Shown here: positions 1 to 8,696 of the stretch, one piece after another
How positions within the stretch are numbered: position 1 is the first letter of the stretch
Layout of the letters: each line of letters begins with the position of its first letter
Assembly (NCBI GenBank): GCA_964527825.1
Contig: CAZGRF010000001.1
Location: 1 to 40,686, forward strand
Length of the DNA: 40,686 bases
Origin: an uncultured Pirellulales bacterium
Lineage (GTDB): Bacteria > Planctomycetota > Phycisphaerae > Sedimentisphaerales > Anaerobacaceae
Reading direction: 5' to 3'
Translations under genes and position numbers: made by a program
Notes under the pieces: generated by a model
Told to the model about the DNA's origin: nothing
Database searches by the model: none
The model's input: the letters and a program-made list of their open reading frames with translations, nothing else

Positions 1-1
1 A

Positions 2-496
2 CACGCTCCATCCGGCTCGACGGTTGCACTGTTGGGTCTGGCCTACAAGCCAGGCACGCATGTTGCGGAAGAGTCTCAGCCTGTGATTTTGGCGGAAAGG
101 CTTCTGGATGCCGGCTATGTCGTCCGAATGCATGACCCTAAGGCGGCCGAGGGCGCCTCTGCGATACTGCAAGGGCGGGGAGTATTCTGCAACGATCCTT
201 ACGATGCGGCGTCGGGCGCTGCCGTGGTTGTGCTGCTGACGAACTGGCCTGAATACGAGCACTTGGACATCGAACGGCTGGAGAAGAAGGCAGGTTCATC
301 AGCGCTGCTGATAGATTGCTGGCGCGCCTACAAGAACGTCTCATTCAAGAGATTCGCGTACCGGCCGTTCGGCTCCTGGATGCGATCCTCCGGGGAAACA
401 AGACATGACTCTCGTTCAGACATTTCCTACCAAGACAATAGACGACGTGCGCCGGTATTGGAACGCGCGGCCCTGCAACATTCGGCACTCACCTGA
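2..496 (+). CDS. UDP-glucose/GDP-mannose 6-dehydrogenase family protein, C-terminal part (5' end outside window)
   Basis: The frame is open from the window edge (..TVALLGLAYKPGTHVAEESQP..). This is the LGLAFKxxT-type start of the sugar-nucleotide dehydrogenase C-terminal domain. It is followed by AVVVLLTNWPEY..LIDCWR. The tail after ..YRPFG is longer than expected and overlaps the next gene by 92 nt. Confidence 0.65.
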   Translation, partial: HAPSGSTVALLGLAYKPGTHVAEESQPVILAERLLDAGYVVRMHDPKAAEGASAILQGRGVFCNDPYDAASGAAVVVLLTNWPEYEHLDIERLEKKAGSSALLIDCWRAYKNVSFKRFAYRPFGSWMRSSGETRHDSRSDISYQDNRRRAPVLERAALQHSALT

Positions 497-1247
497 GCAA
501 GTAGGCACGCGGGAGTACTTCGATCAGGTAGAGGCCCGGAAGTACTTCGTGGAGCCGCACATACCACAGTTTGCCGAGTTTGCACGGTGGAACGGGAAGA
601 AGGTCCTGGAGATAGGTTGCGGTATCGGTACCGACACGATCAATTTTGCCCGGGCAGGAGCCCACGTCACGGCCGTAGACGTCTCGGACGAGTCCCTCGC
701 GGTCGCAGAGCAACGCGCTGCCGTCTTTGGCTTGGAGGATCGTATTACGTTCTACCGAGCCGATGCAGAACGATTGTCCCAGACGGTTCCGGTCGAGACC
801 TATGACTTGGTCTACTCCTTCGGCGTGATTCACCATACCCCTCATCCACAAGAGGCCCTCCAGGAGGTAGCCAGGTACATGGGGCCCGAGAGCGTGCTTA
901 GGATGATGGTTTACAGCCGCCATTCCTGGAAAGTTCTCTGGATATTGGTCAAGTACGGAAAGCTGGCGTTCTGGAAACTGGACGAGCTTATCGCGCGTTA
1001 CTCGGAGGCCCAGACGGGCTGTCCCGTCACGTACAGCTACTCCCGCCGGACCGTGCTGGATCTGCTCGAAGGATTCGCCGTGCGACGAATGATGGTGGAC
1101 CACATCTTCCCCTATCGCATCCCTGAGTACAAGCGCTACGAATACAAGAAGGTCTGGTACTTCGACGTGTTGCCTCAGAGCGTCTTCCGCAGGCTGGAGA
1201 AGACCCTCGGCTGGCACCTGTGTGTGGAGGCGACTCTGAATGCCTGA
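405..1247 (+). CDS. Class I SAM-dependent methyltransferase
   Basis: ATG at 405. Motif I VLEIGCGIGTDTINFA is followed by the acidic loop VTAVDVSDE, and there is a post-motif YSFGVIHHTP. 280 aa. Confidence 0.8.
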   Translation: MTLVQTFPTKTIDDVRRYWNARPCNIRHSPEQVGTREYFDQVEARKYFVEPHIPQFAEFARWNGKKVLEIGCGIGTDTINFARAGAHVTAVDVSDESLAVAEQRAAVFGLEDRITFYRADAERLSQTVPVETYDLVYSFGVIHHTPHPQEALQEVARYMGPESVLRMMVYSRHSWKVLWILVKYGKLAFWKLDELIARYSEAQTGCPVTYSYSRRTVLDLLEGFAVRRMMVDHIFPYRIPEYKRYEYKKVWYFDVLPQSVFRRLEKTLGWHLCVEATLNA

Positions 1248-1983
1248 TCGCAAGCACGACAACTCGCTGTATCCTGTCGAAGCGATGATCCTGGCCGGCG
1301 GCAAAGGAGCCCGGCTGCGCAGCGCCGTCAGGGACCGGCCCAAACCCATGGCTGAAGTAGCAGGACGCCCATTCGTCGAATGGCTGCTGACGCTATTGCA
1401 CGACCAGGGAATCAGACGCGCGGTCTTGTGCACAGGGCATCTTGGCGAGCAGGTCGAAGCTCACTTTGGTGACGGTCGTCGATGGGACATGGAATTGCAC
1501 TACTCTCGCGATCCCTTCCCGCTGGGCACGGGCGGTGCGGTGCGTCACGCCCTCGACCGGATTCAAGGAGACCGATTCCTCGTGCTCAACGGGGACTCGT
1601 ACTGCCGGTTCGATCTCCAAGCACTGACCGATGTTCACATCGCAAACGGTGCTCAGGCGACGCTATGGCTGGTCGAAACGGGCGACTGTCGACGGTACGG
1701 GGCGGTGACTCTCCGCGAAGACGGCGCTGTGGAATCCTTCGCGGAGAAAGCATCCGACTTCGGGCGTGGGCTGGTCAGCGCCGGCGTCTATCTCATCGAG
1801 CAGGAGGCCGCGGAGACGATCCCTGTCGGTTGCTCAGTGTCCCTGGAGAAGGACTTCTTCCCGAGTCTGATCGGACGGGGGCTCTTCGCGGTGGCGGGAC
1901 AGGACGCGTTCATCGATATCGGCACGCCCGAGTCGTATGCCGAGGCTGGACGATTCATCACGGAAGAGGCAAACGCATGGTAG
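1240..1983 (+). CDS. Sugar-1-phosphate nucleotidyltransferase (HddC/ManC-like guanylyltransferase type)
   Basis: The N-terminal signature is MILAGGKGARLRS..RPKPM, followed by PLGTGGAV, LVLNGDSY and FIDIGTPESY. It overlaps the upstream stop by 8 nt. Confidence 0.8.
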   Translation: MPDRKHDNSLYPVEAMILAGGKGARLRSAVRDRPKPMAEVAGRPFVEWLLTLLHDQGIRRAVLCTGHLGEQVEAHFGDGRRWDMELHYSRDPFPLGTGGAVRHALDRIQGDRFLVLNGDSYCRFDLQALTDVHIANGAQATLWLVETGDCRRYGAVTLREDGAVESFAEKASDFGRGLVSAGVYLIEQEAAETIPVGCSVSLEKDFFPSLIGRGLFAVAGQDAFIDIGTPESYAEAGRFITEEANAW

Positions 1984-3005
1984 AAACGCGAAAGACAAGA
2001 GCACTGATTACGGGCATCACCGGTATGGTCGGTTCGCACTTGACCGACTACCTGCTGGAGAATACCGATTGGGACATCTACGGCATGTGCCGCTGGCGGA
2101 GTCCTTTGGACAACGTGCAACATCTTCTGGACAGGGCCAACCGGCAAGACCGCTTGTTCTTCATTCATGGCGACCTGTGCGATTCCATCTCACTTCAGGG
2201 AGCTATCCAAGAGAGCTTGCCTGACTACGTATTTCATCTCGCGGCTCAGAGCTATCCGACTACGAGTTTCACATCGCCAATCGCGACACTCGACACCAAT
2301 ATCCTGGGCACGACAAGGCTTCTCGAGGCGATTCGTCATTGTCGAGACATCGACCCGGTGATCCATGTGTGCGCGTCTTCGGAGGTGTTCGGTCGGGTCA
2401 GTCGGGACAAGCTCCCTATCGGCGAGGAGTGTGCCTTCCATCCGGCTTCGCCCTATGCGATCTCGAAAGCGGGAACCGATCTCGTCGGCCGCTTCTACGC
2501 GGAAGCCTATCAGATGAAAGTGATGACGACGCGCATGTTCACGCACACGGGACCTCGCCGAGGCGACGTATTTGCCGAGTCGTCTTTTGCCAAGCAAATC
2601 GCGATGATCGAAGAAGGGCTGCTCCCGCCCGTGGTCAAGACTGGTAACCTGGGTTCCTTGAGGACTTGGTCCGATGTGCGCGATGCCGTGAGGGCATACT
2701 ATCTGTTGGTCACTATGAATCCTATCCCAGGTGCCTACTACAACATCGGCGGCACCTACCACTGCACCGTGGGTGACATGCTCCGGTATCTGATCTCCCT
2801 GTCGCCCCGAAAGAGCGACATCCGCGTGGAAACGGAAGCCACGCGGCTGCGGCCCTTGGATGCCGACCTGCAGGTGCCCGACACGACCAAGTTCCGTGAG
2901 CACACCGGCTGGGAGCCTGAAATTCCGTTCGCGGAAACCATGCAGGATCTGTTGACCTACTGGCGCGAGCGGATCGCGCAGGGATGCAAGTGTCTGTCCC
3001 GGTAA
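1977..3005 (+). CDS. GDP-mannose 4,6-dehydratase-family extended SDR (GMD/Rmd/heptose-dehydratase-like)
   Basis: An internal ATG at 1977 overlaps the upstream stop (ATGGTAG). The longer 1482 start only shadows the previous gene. Motifs are Rossmann LITGITGMVGSHL, catalytic SPYAISK (YxxxK), and THTGPRRG and GNLGSLRTWSDVRD, which resemble NHESPRRG / GNxDSxRDW of GMD enzymes. Confidence 0.8.
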   Translation: MVETRKTRALITGITGMVGSHLTDYLLENTDWDIYGMCRWRSPLDNVQHLLDRANRQDRLFFIHGDLCDSISLQGAIQESLPDYVFHLAAQSYPTTSFTSPIATLDTNILGTTRLLEAIRHCRDIDPVIHVCASSEVFGRVSRDKLPIGEECAFHPASPYAISKAGTDLVGRFYAEAYQMKVMTTRMFTHTGPRRGDVFAESSFAKQIAMIEEGLLPPVVKTGNLGSLRTWSDVRDAVRAYYLLVTMNPIPGAYYNIGGTYHCTVGDMLRYLISLSPRKSDIRVETEATRLRPLDADLQVPDTTKFREHTGWEPEIPFAETMQDLLTYWRERIAQGCKCLSR

Positions 3006-3014
3006 GGCAAGGTT

Positions 3015-4022
3015 ATGAACGACGGCACACAACTGGTTGACTCTCAATGCGTCGATACTTCACTGCCTCAGACGAAACTGCATCTGGAGCTCTACCGGAC
3101 GATGTACCTGATTCGAGCGGCCGAGTTACTGATCCAGGAGCACTATGACGAAGACGAGATGAAGACCCCCATGCACATGTCGATGGGCCAAGAGGCTATC
3201 GTCGCCGGCGTTTGCTACGCGCTGAACCCTCAAGACCAGGTGCTGGGCACTTACAGGAGCCACGGTCTCTACTTGGCCAAGACCCAGGAAACGGACCGGT
3301 TCTTCGCGGAGATGTACGGGAAGGCATCCGGCCCCTGCGGTGGCAGGGCCGGCTCGATGCATCTACTTGCTCCAGAATCCGGCTTGATCTGCACCTCTGC
3401 TATCGTGGCCGGCCATATTCCCGTCGCGATCGGTGCTGCGTTCGCCAACAAGTTCACAGGCAGTGACCGAGTCGTGGCGGTCTTTTTCGGTGACGGCGCA
3501 GTCGACGAAGGAGCCTTTTGGGAAAGCTTCAACATGGCGTGCCTGAAGCGACTGCCGATTCTCTTCGTGTGTGAGGACAACGGATACGCTGTCCATACGC
3601 CGGCCGGCGAACGCCACGGGTACAAGGACATCCGAGCCATCGCCGCCCAGTTCGACTGCAACGTGTTTGCCAGTGACTCGACGGACGTACACGTCATCTA
3701 CGAACTGGCCCGAGAGGCATTGACGGTGATGGCCGATAGCGAACGGCCGTGCTTCCTGCATCTGAAGTACTACCGCTATCTTGAACACGTCGGCGTCAAT
3801 GAAGACTTCAAGGCGGGCTATCGATCCCGCGCGGAGTTCGAGGCGTGGCAGCGCGTCGATCCGTTACGCCTCCAGCGTGCGCGGCTGGCTTCCACGGTTT
3901 CAGAGGAAGACATCTGCGATCTGGAGACAGCGGTGGACAGGCAGGTGCAACGCAGCAAGGAGAAGGCCCAGGCGGCGTCCTTCCCAGATGTATCGACTCT
4001 GTGCGAGGGGGTGTCGGTATGA
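3015..4022 (+). CDS. Thiamine-diphosphate-dependent 2-oxoacid dehydrogenase E1 component, alpha subunit-like
   Basis: Motifs are MHMSMGQEAI, YRSHG, GGRAGSMH and the TPP motif FFGDGAVDEGAFWESFNMA..LFVCEDNGYA. ATG at 3015 with an AAGG upstream. Confidence 0.85.
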   Translation: MNDGTQLVDSQCVDTSLPQTKLHLELYRTMYLIRAAELLIQEHYDEDEMKTPMHMSMGQEAIVAGVCYALNPQDQVLGTYRSHGLYLAKTQETDRFFAEMYGKASGPCGGRAGSMHLLAPESGLICTSAIVAGHIPVAIGAAFANKFTGSDRVVAVFFGDGAVDEGAFWESFNMACLKRLPILFVCEDNGYAVHTPAGERHGYKDIRAIAAQFDCNVFASDSTDVHVIYELAREALTVMADSERPCFLHLKYYRYLEHVGVNEDFKAGYRSRAEFEAWQRVDPLRLQRARLASTVSEEDICDLETAVDRQVQRSKEKAQAASFPDVSTLCEGVSV

Positions 4023-5059
4023 GTTGTGTGATGACATCGCGGGATGCCATCAATGAGGCTATCGCTTCGGAAATGCGACGGGACCCCAGCGTGTTCGTCT
4101 ATGGCATCGACGTGGCCGATCACAAGCGTATCTTCGGGAGCAGCCGGGGGCTGGTCGAGGAGTTCGGACCGGATCGGTGCTTCAGCACACCGCTGTCTGA
4201 AGACGCGATGGCCGGTTTCGGCCTGGGCGCTGCCCTGAACGGACTGCGGCCGATTCACGTGCACATGCGCGTCGATTTCATGATCCTGGCTATGAATCAG
4301 ATCACGAACATAATCGCCAGCTTCAGCTACGGGGCCGGCGGACTCAAGGTGCCAATCGTGATCCGCGCCATCATCGGACGTGGGTGGGGACAGTCCTGGC
4401 AGCATAGCAAAACGCTCCACTCGTGGTTTGCTCATGTCCCGGGGTTGAAAGTCGTCATGCCCGCGCGGGCTCGTGACGCACGCGATATGATGATCGCCGC
4501 TATTCGCGATGACAACCCAGTCATCTGCATCGAACACCGCTGGCTCTACGACGTCACGGGCGAAGTGCCCGACGAGATCGATCCGGATGCCCTTGTTGGC
4601 TGTCGCGTCGTGCGCGACGGGACGGATGTCACCGTTGTAGCGGTCTCGTGGATGGTGATCGAAGCCTTGAAGGCGGCCGAGGTCCTGGCCGAGCGCGGGG
4701 TGGACGTGGAAGTGATTGACGTTCGATCCATCGCGCCCTACGACAGCGCGACAGTGGCAGACTCCGTGCGGAAAACAGGCCATGCCGTCGTCGCGGACTA
4801 CGATTGGATTCACTGTGGCTTCGGAGCGGAAGTCGCTGCGCGAATCTACGAAGAGTGCATGGCCGGACTATACTCTCCCGTGACACGGCTGGGCTTTGCC
4901 GAGGCCCACTGTCCCTGCACGCGGCCGCTGGAAAACGCGTACTACCCGAATGCCATCGACATCATCCGAGCCATCGAGAGAAAACTCGATCTGTCCGAAG
5001 CGGACCTGACCGGCGAAGAATTCTATTCTTATGAGAAGAAATTCAAGGGACCGTTTTGA
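4019..5059 (+). CDS. 2-oxoacid dehydrogenase E1 component, beta subunit-like
   Basis: ATG at 4019 forms an ATGA overlap with the alpha-subunit stop. Motifs are INEAIASEMRRDPSVFVYG.D, FSTPLSEDAMAGFGLGAALNGLRP, and a C-terminal transketolase-C-like part (DVTVVAVSWMV..VDVEVIDVRSIAPYD). Confidence 0.85.
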   Translation: MSCVMTSRDAINEAIASEMRRDPSVFVYGIDVADHKRIFGSSRGLVEEFGPDRCFSTPLSEDAMAGFGLGAALNGLRPIHVHMRVDFMILAMNQITNIIASFSYGAGGLKVPIVIRAIIGRGWGQSWQHSKTLHSWFAHVPGLKVVMPARARDARDMMIAAIRDDNPVICIEHRWLYDVTGEVPDEIDPDALVGCRVVRDGTDVTVVAVSWMVIEALKAAEVLAERGVDVEVIDVRSIAPYDSATVADSVRKTGHAVVADYDWIHCGFGAEVAARIYEECMAGLYSPVTRLGFAEAHCPCTRPLENAYYPNAIDIIRAIERKLDLSEADLTGEEFYSYEKKFKGPF

Positions 5060-5107
5060 GGCACGATCCATGTCCTGGGGACACCGGCCGAGATAGAGAC
5101 TCGAACC

Positions 5108-5974
5108 ATGGACGTACGAATGATGAAGGCCAAAGCAGCCGAGCTGAGGCTGCGGGTTATGGAGGCGGCCCTCAGCGCCGGAAAGGGGCACGTGGCTCCT
5201 GCGTTCTCCTGGGTGGAGATTGCCGTCGCCCTATTCTATGCCGGAATCTTGAGGATGGATCCCCATGACCCAACATGGCCGGCCCGGGACCGTTTCATCT
5301 TGAGCAAGGGACATGGTTGCCTGACGCTGTACACCGTTCTTGCTGACCTCGGCTTCTTGCAGCGCGATGCGCTGGAGGGCTTCTGCCGGGACGGGAGCAT
5401 TCTGGCCGGACATCCCGATACCAACATCCCGGGCGTGGAGGCCATTTCCGGCTCGCTCGGCCACGGGCTCGGCGTTGGGGCCGGTCTGGCGTTGGGCGGC
5501 CGGCTTGACCGTGAGCACTGGATGGTCTTTGTGCTCTTGGGCGATGGAGAATGTGACGAGGGTTCGATCTGGGAAGCTGCCATGTTTGCTGGGCACCACC
5601 GGCTCGACAACCTCGTGGCCATCGTAGACCGAAACCGCCTTAGCGCGACAGACTTCACCGAGAACATCCTCACCCTGGAGCCCTTGGCACACCGCTGGAA
5701 AGCCTTCGGATGGGACGTTGTATCTGTCGACGGTCACTCCTTCGAGGACTTGGTCGAGGTCTTCTCCCAAGTACGCCATCGTTCGTCCCTGAAGCCATTG
5801 GCCGTGATTGCCAATACGATCAAGGGCAGAGGTGTCAGTTTCATGGAGGTATCTCCGAATTGGCATCACCGCCTTCCCAAGGGCGACGAGGTTCAGGCCG
5901 CATTGCAGGAACTGCATGTAGTGTTGAAAGAGGCTGAAGACCAGATGATCAGGGAGCATTGCGATGCAGGCTGA
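5108..5974 (+). CDS. Transketolase, N-terminal (TPP/PP-binding) subunit
   Basis: Motifs are GKGHVAPAFSWVEI, LSKGHGCLTLY, GSLGHGLGVGAGLAL and LLGDGECDEGSIWEAAMFAGHHRLDNLVAIVDRN. Confidence 0.85.
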   Translation: MDVRMMKAKAAELRLRVMEAALSAGKGHVAPAFSWVEIAVALFYAGILRMDPHDPTWPARDRFILSKGHGCLTLYTVLADLGFLQRDALEGFCRDGSILAGHPDTNIPGVEAISGSLGHGLGVGAGLALGGRLDREHWMVFVLLGDGECDEGSIWEAAMFAGHHRLDNLVAIVDRNRLSATDFTENILTLEPLAHRWKAFGWDVVSVDGHSFEDLVEVFSQVRHRSSLKPLAVIANTIKGRGVSFMEVSPNWHHRLPKGDEVQAALQELHVVLKEAEDQMIREHCDAG

Positions 5975-6902
5975 TTTTCGAGATGCCGTCTTCTTGAGTG
6001 TTCGCACGCTGATGGAACAGGATGAGAGAATCTTCGTCCTCTGCAATGACATGGGGGCGATGGAATTGGACCGCATTCGCAGCGACTACCCGCAGCGCGT
6101 CATCAACGTGGGGATCTGCGAGCAGAATATGGCCAGCGTTGCTGCCGGATTGGCGTTGACGCACCGCCGGGTCTTCGTTTATGGCATTATCGCGCACGTG
6201 TTCTCGCGGGGCTTCGAACAGATCCGAAACGACATCTGTCTGCCGAATCTTCCGGTCGTGATTCTCGGTGTCGGCAGCGGTCTGTCCTATGGTGGTGACG
6301 GGCCGACCCATCACGGTGTTGAAGACATCGCCGTGATGCGCACTCTACCCCACATGGCGATCTACAACCCGGCGGATTGCGCCTCCGCCGGCGCTCTGAC
6401 GAGAGAGGCAGCCGAGCGCCACGGGCCCGGCTACGTGCGTCTGGACAAAGAGCAGTTGCCGCAGATTTACAGCACAGAAACGAGTTTCAGCGCGGGATTC
6501 GAGGTCCTTCACGAGGGACAAGATGTCGCCTTGGTTGCTACCGGCGTGATCGTTCACCGGGCGCTGAGGGTGGCTCGGTCACTCGCCGCAGAGGGCATCG
6601 GCGTGCGTGTGGTGGATGTCTACCGTCTCAAACCGGTAAACACGATCGGGTTGACAGAGGTTCTCAGCAATGTCGATTCCGTTGTCACGCTGGAAGAGAA
6701 CTCCTCGGTGGGTGGGCTTGGTCAAATCGTCGGCGATCTGCTGGCGCGAGATGCTCATCAACCCAGGTTCACCAGTCTCAATCTGGGCGACCAGGCGCTG
6801 ATGAGCGCGGCCACCAGATCATGGGCAGAGCAGCGTTTTGGCTTGAGCGACGAGGCCGTGGCCGGAGTCCTGCGCGACATGGCTGAGGGGGTCGAAGCAT
6901 GA
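5964..6902 (+). CDS. Transketolase, C-terminal (Pyr + TK-C) subunit
   Basis: Motifs are NVGICEQNMASVAAGLA and GDGPTHHGVEDIAVMRTLP, with a C-terminal VVDVYRLKP. It overlaps the N-terminal subunit gene by 11 nt. Confidence 0.85.
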   Translation: MQADFRDAVFLSVRTLMEQDERIFVLCNDMGAMELDRIRSDYPQRVINVGICEQNMASVAAGLALTHRRVFVYGIIAHVFSRGFEQIRNDICLPNLPVVILGVGSGLSYGGDGPTHHGVEDIAVMRTLPHMAIYNPADCASAGALTREAAERHGPGYVRLDKEQLPQIYSTETSFSAGFEVLHEGQDVALVATGVIVHRALRVARSLAAEGIGVRVVDVYRLKPVNTIGLTEVLSNVDSVVTLEENSSVGGLGQIVGDLLARDAHQPRFTSLNLGDQALMSAATRSWAEQRFGLSDEAVAGVLRDMAEGVEA

Positions 6903-7882
6903 TGATAGAGCAGCAAGTGAATAAATCGGGTCTCGAAGAAGTGGCCGCCACCGTGGCGGAAGTCACGCTGGCAGACTTTGCTGAATCGTTCGGAATCACT
7001 GTTGAGGACATGCCCGAGCGATGTCGAGAGATGATAGCATACGGTAACTTCCGGTATCGCAAAGCAGAAGGCCAAAAAAGGGACCGGATCATCCTGGAGG
7101 TTCTGAAGAAGATAGCGGCGGACCGCCAGGTGGTGGGAGCGAGTGAACGCAAGGATGTGTGGAATGCCGGGTGGGAAGAGAGCTACGAGGGCTTTGTGCG
7201 CAGCGGATACGATCTTGCCAGACTTGTGCCGCGGTTCATTCGGCCGGGTCAGCCCATCCGCTGGCGGCAGGAATACATAATTCCGGAGAACGAATGGTTT
7301 GAACTGGATTACTTCGCCGTCCTGCGTGAGTGGCTGTTCGAGACATACTGTGCCGATGCGAACGCAATATACGAGTTTGGGTGCGGCACGGGATTCAACC
7401 TTGCCGCCCTCGCGCAGCGCTATCCCGACAAGGAGTTCCACGGCTTTGATTTTGTCCCTCCAGCCAAGAAGATGTTGGACGCAATGGCCGGTGTGTATGG
7501 CTGGCGGATGCAGGGACATATGTTCGATATGACGGCGCCGGACGCGCGGATTGAGTTCAGAGACAACAGTAGGCTACTCACGTTTGGCGCGTTGGAGCAA
7601 CTGGCGGGGAGGATCGAGGCCTTTTTCGATTTCGTGCTGAAGCGTTCGCCGAGCCTATGCGTGCACGTGGAGCCGGTCATCGACCTTTATGATGAGGACA
7701 ACCTCATCGACTTCCTGGCGGCGTCGTTTCATCGCAAGCGAGGCTATACAGCAAATCTACTGGGCTTACTGAAAGATCTCGAATCGCGCGGCAAGATCGA
7801 ACTGCTGAAGGTCAAACGCTCGTTCTTCGGAAGTCTCTTCATGGAAGGGTACACGTGCCTGGTCTGGCGACCGATCGGATGA
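6899..7882 (+). CDS. Putative class I SAM-dependent methyltransferase with an unrecognised ~150-aa N-terminal region
   Basis: ATGA overlap with the upstream stop. Motif I is IYEFGCGTGFNLAALA, followed by FHGFDF. I cannot assign the N-terminal half. Confidence 0.6.
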   Translation: MMIEQQVNKSGLEEVAATVAEVTLADFAESFGITVEDMPERCREMIAYGNFRYRKAEGQKRDRIILEVLKKIAADRQVVGASERKDVWNAGWEESYEGFVRSGYDLARLVPRFIRPGQPIRWRQEYIIPENEWFELDYFAVLREWLFETYCADANAIYEFGCGTGFNLAALAQRYPDKEFHGFDFVPPAKKMLDAMAGVYGWRMQGHMFDMTAPDARIEFRDNSRLLTFGALEQLAGRIEAFFDFVLKRSPSLCVHVEPVIDLYDEDNLIDFLAASFHRKRGYTANLLGLLKDLESRGKIELLKVKRSFFGSLFMEGYTCLVWRPIG

Positions 7883-7897
7883 CACGGGTGGAGTCGC

Positions 7898-8680
7898 ATG
7901 GAATTAGGACTCAAGGGCAAATGTGCATTGATCACCGGCGGCAGTCACGGCCTGGGTTGCAGTACGGCCGTGGCTCTGGCCAGGGAAGGCTGTAACGTCG
8001 CCATATGTGCGCGGGGACAGCGCCGCATTGATGAAACACTGGCCGAACTGGATGCCTACGGAGTCGAGACGTTGGGCGTAGCGGCTGACGTCGTAAAGCC
8101 AGAGGATGTCGCAAAGGTCGTTGACACGGTCCTTAGCGCATGGGGCACGGTACATATTCTCGTTAACAATGTCGGCGGCGGTGGTCGCTGGGGAACGCCG
8201 GTGATAGAGGAAACGGCGGAAGAGGTATGGCTGGAAGTCTACGCCAAAAACGCTCTGGCCGCTGTGCGCTTCACCACGGCGATTCTCCCCTGTATGCGCA
8301 AGCAGAAGTGGGGAAGAGTTGTGACGGTGAGTTCACGGCTCGGTCGTGAAGGGGGAGGCAGGCCGTGGTTTGCGATGGCAAAGACGGCGCAGACGGCGAT
8401 GATGAAGTCCCTTGCCATGACACCTTACCTGGCCCGCGACGGCATCACCTGCAACTCGGTAGCGCCCGGCAGCATCATGATACCGGACACCGGCTGGGAG
8501 CGCGAAGCCTTGGAGAATCCCGAAGCGTTTCAGCAGATGCTGGAGAAGGACTTCCCTCTGGGCCGGTTGGGGACGCCGGAGGAAGTCGCGGACGTGATCG
8601 TATTCTTGTGTTCGGAGCGAGCGTCACTGGTCAATGGCGCGTCCGTTCTTGTGGATGGAGGCGAAAGCCGGGCTTTTTGA
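7898..8680 (+). CDS. Classical SDR oxidoreductase (FabG-like), non-canonical active site
   Basis: Motifs are LITGGSHGLGCSTAVALA (TGxxxGxG) and NNVG, with Ser in VTVSS. The position of YxxxK reads WFAMAK, so Phe replaces the catalytic Tyr. GGTGGAG lies upstream of ATG 7898. Confidence 0.8.
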   Translation: MELGLKGKCALITGGSHGLGCSTAVALAREGCNVAICARGQRRIDETLAELDAYGVETLGVAADVVKPEDVAKVVDTVLSAWGTVHILVNNVGGGGRWGTPVIEETAEEVWLEVYAKNALAAVRFTTAILPCMRKQKWGRVVTVSSRLGREGGGRPWFAMAKTAQTAMMKSLAMTPYLARDGITCNSVAPGSIMIPDTGWEREALENPEAFQQMLEKDFPLGRLGTPEEVADVIVFLCSERASLVNGASVLVDGGESRAF

Positions 8681-8696
8681 ACTGTGGAGCGTGCCG

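Noticed and set aside
1482-1976. Long N-terminal extensions offered by the ORF track (1482 for the GMD-like gene, 3845 for E1 beta, 8634, 9671, 14468, 15750 and 40300 for flgB).
   Set aside because: The extensions overlap the preceding genes in another frame and are Arg/Gly-rich junk. Internal ATGs with RBS-like purine tracts or ATGA coupling coincide with the start of conserved family sequence.
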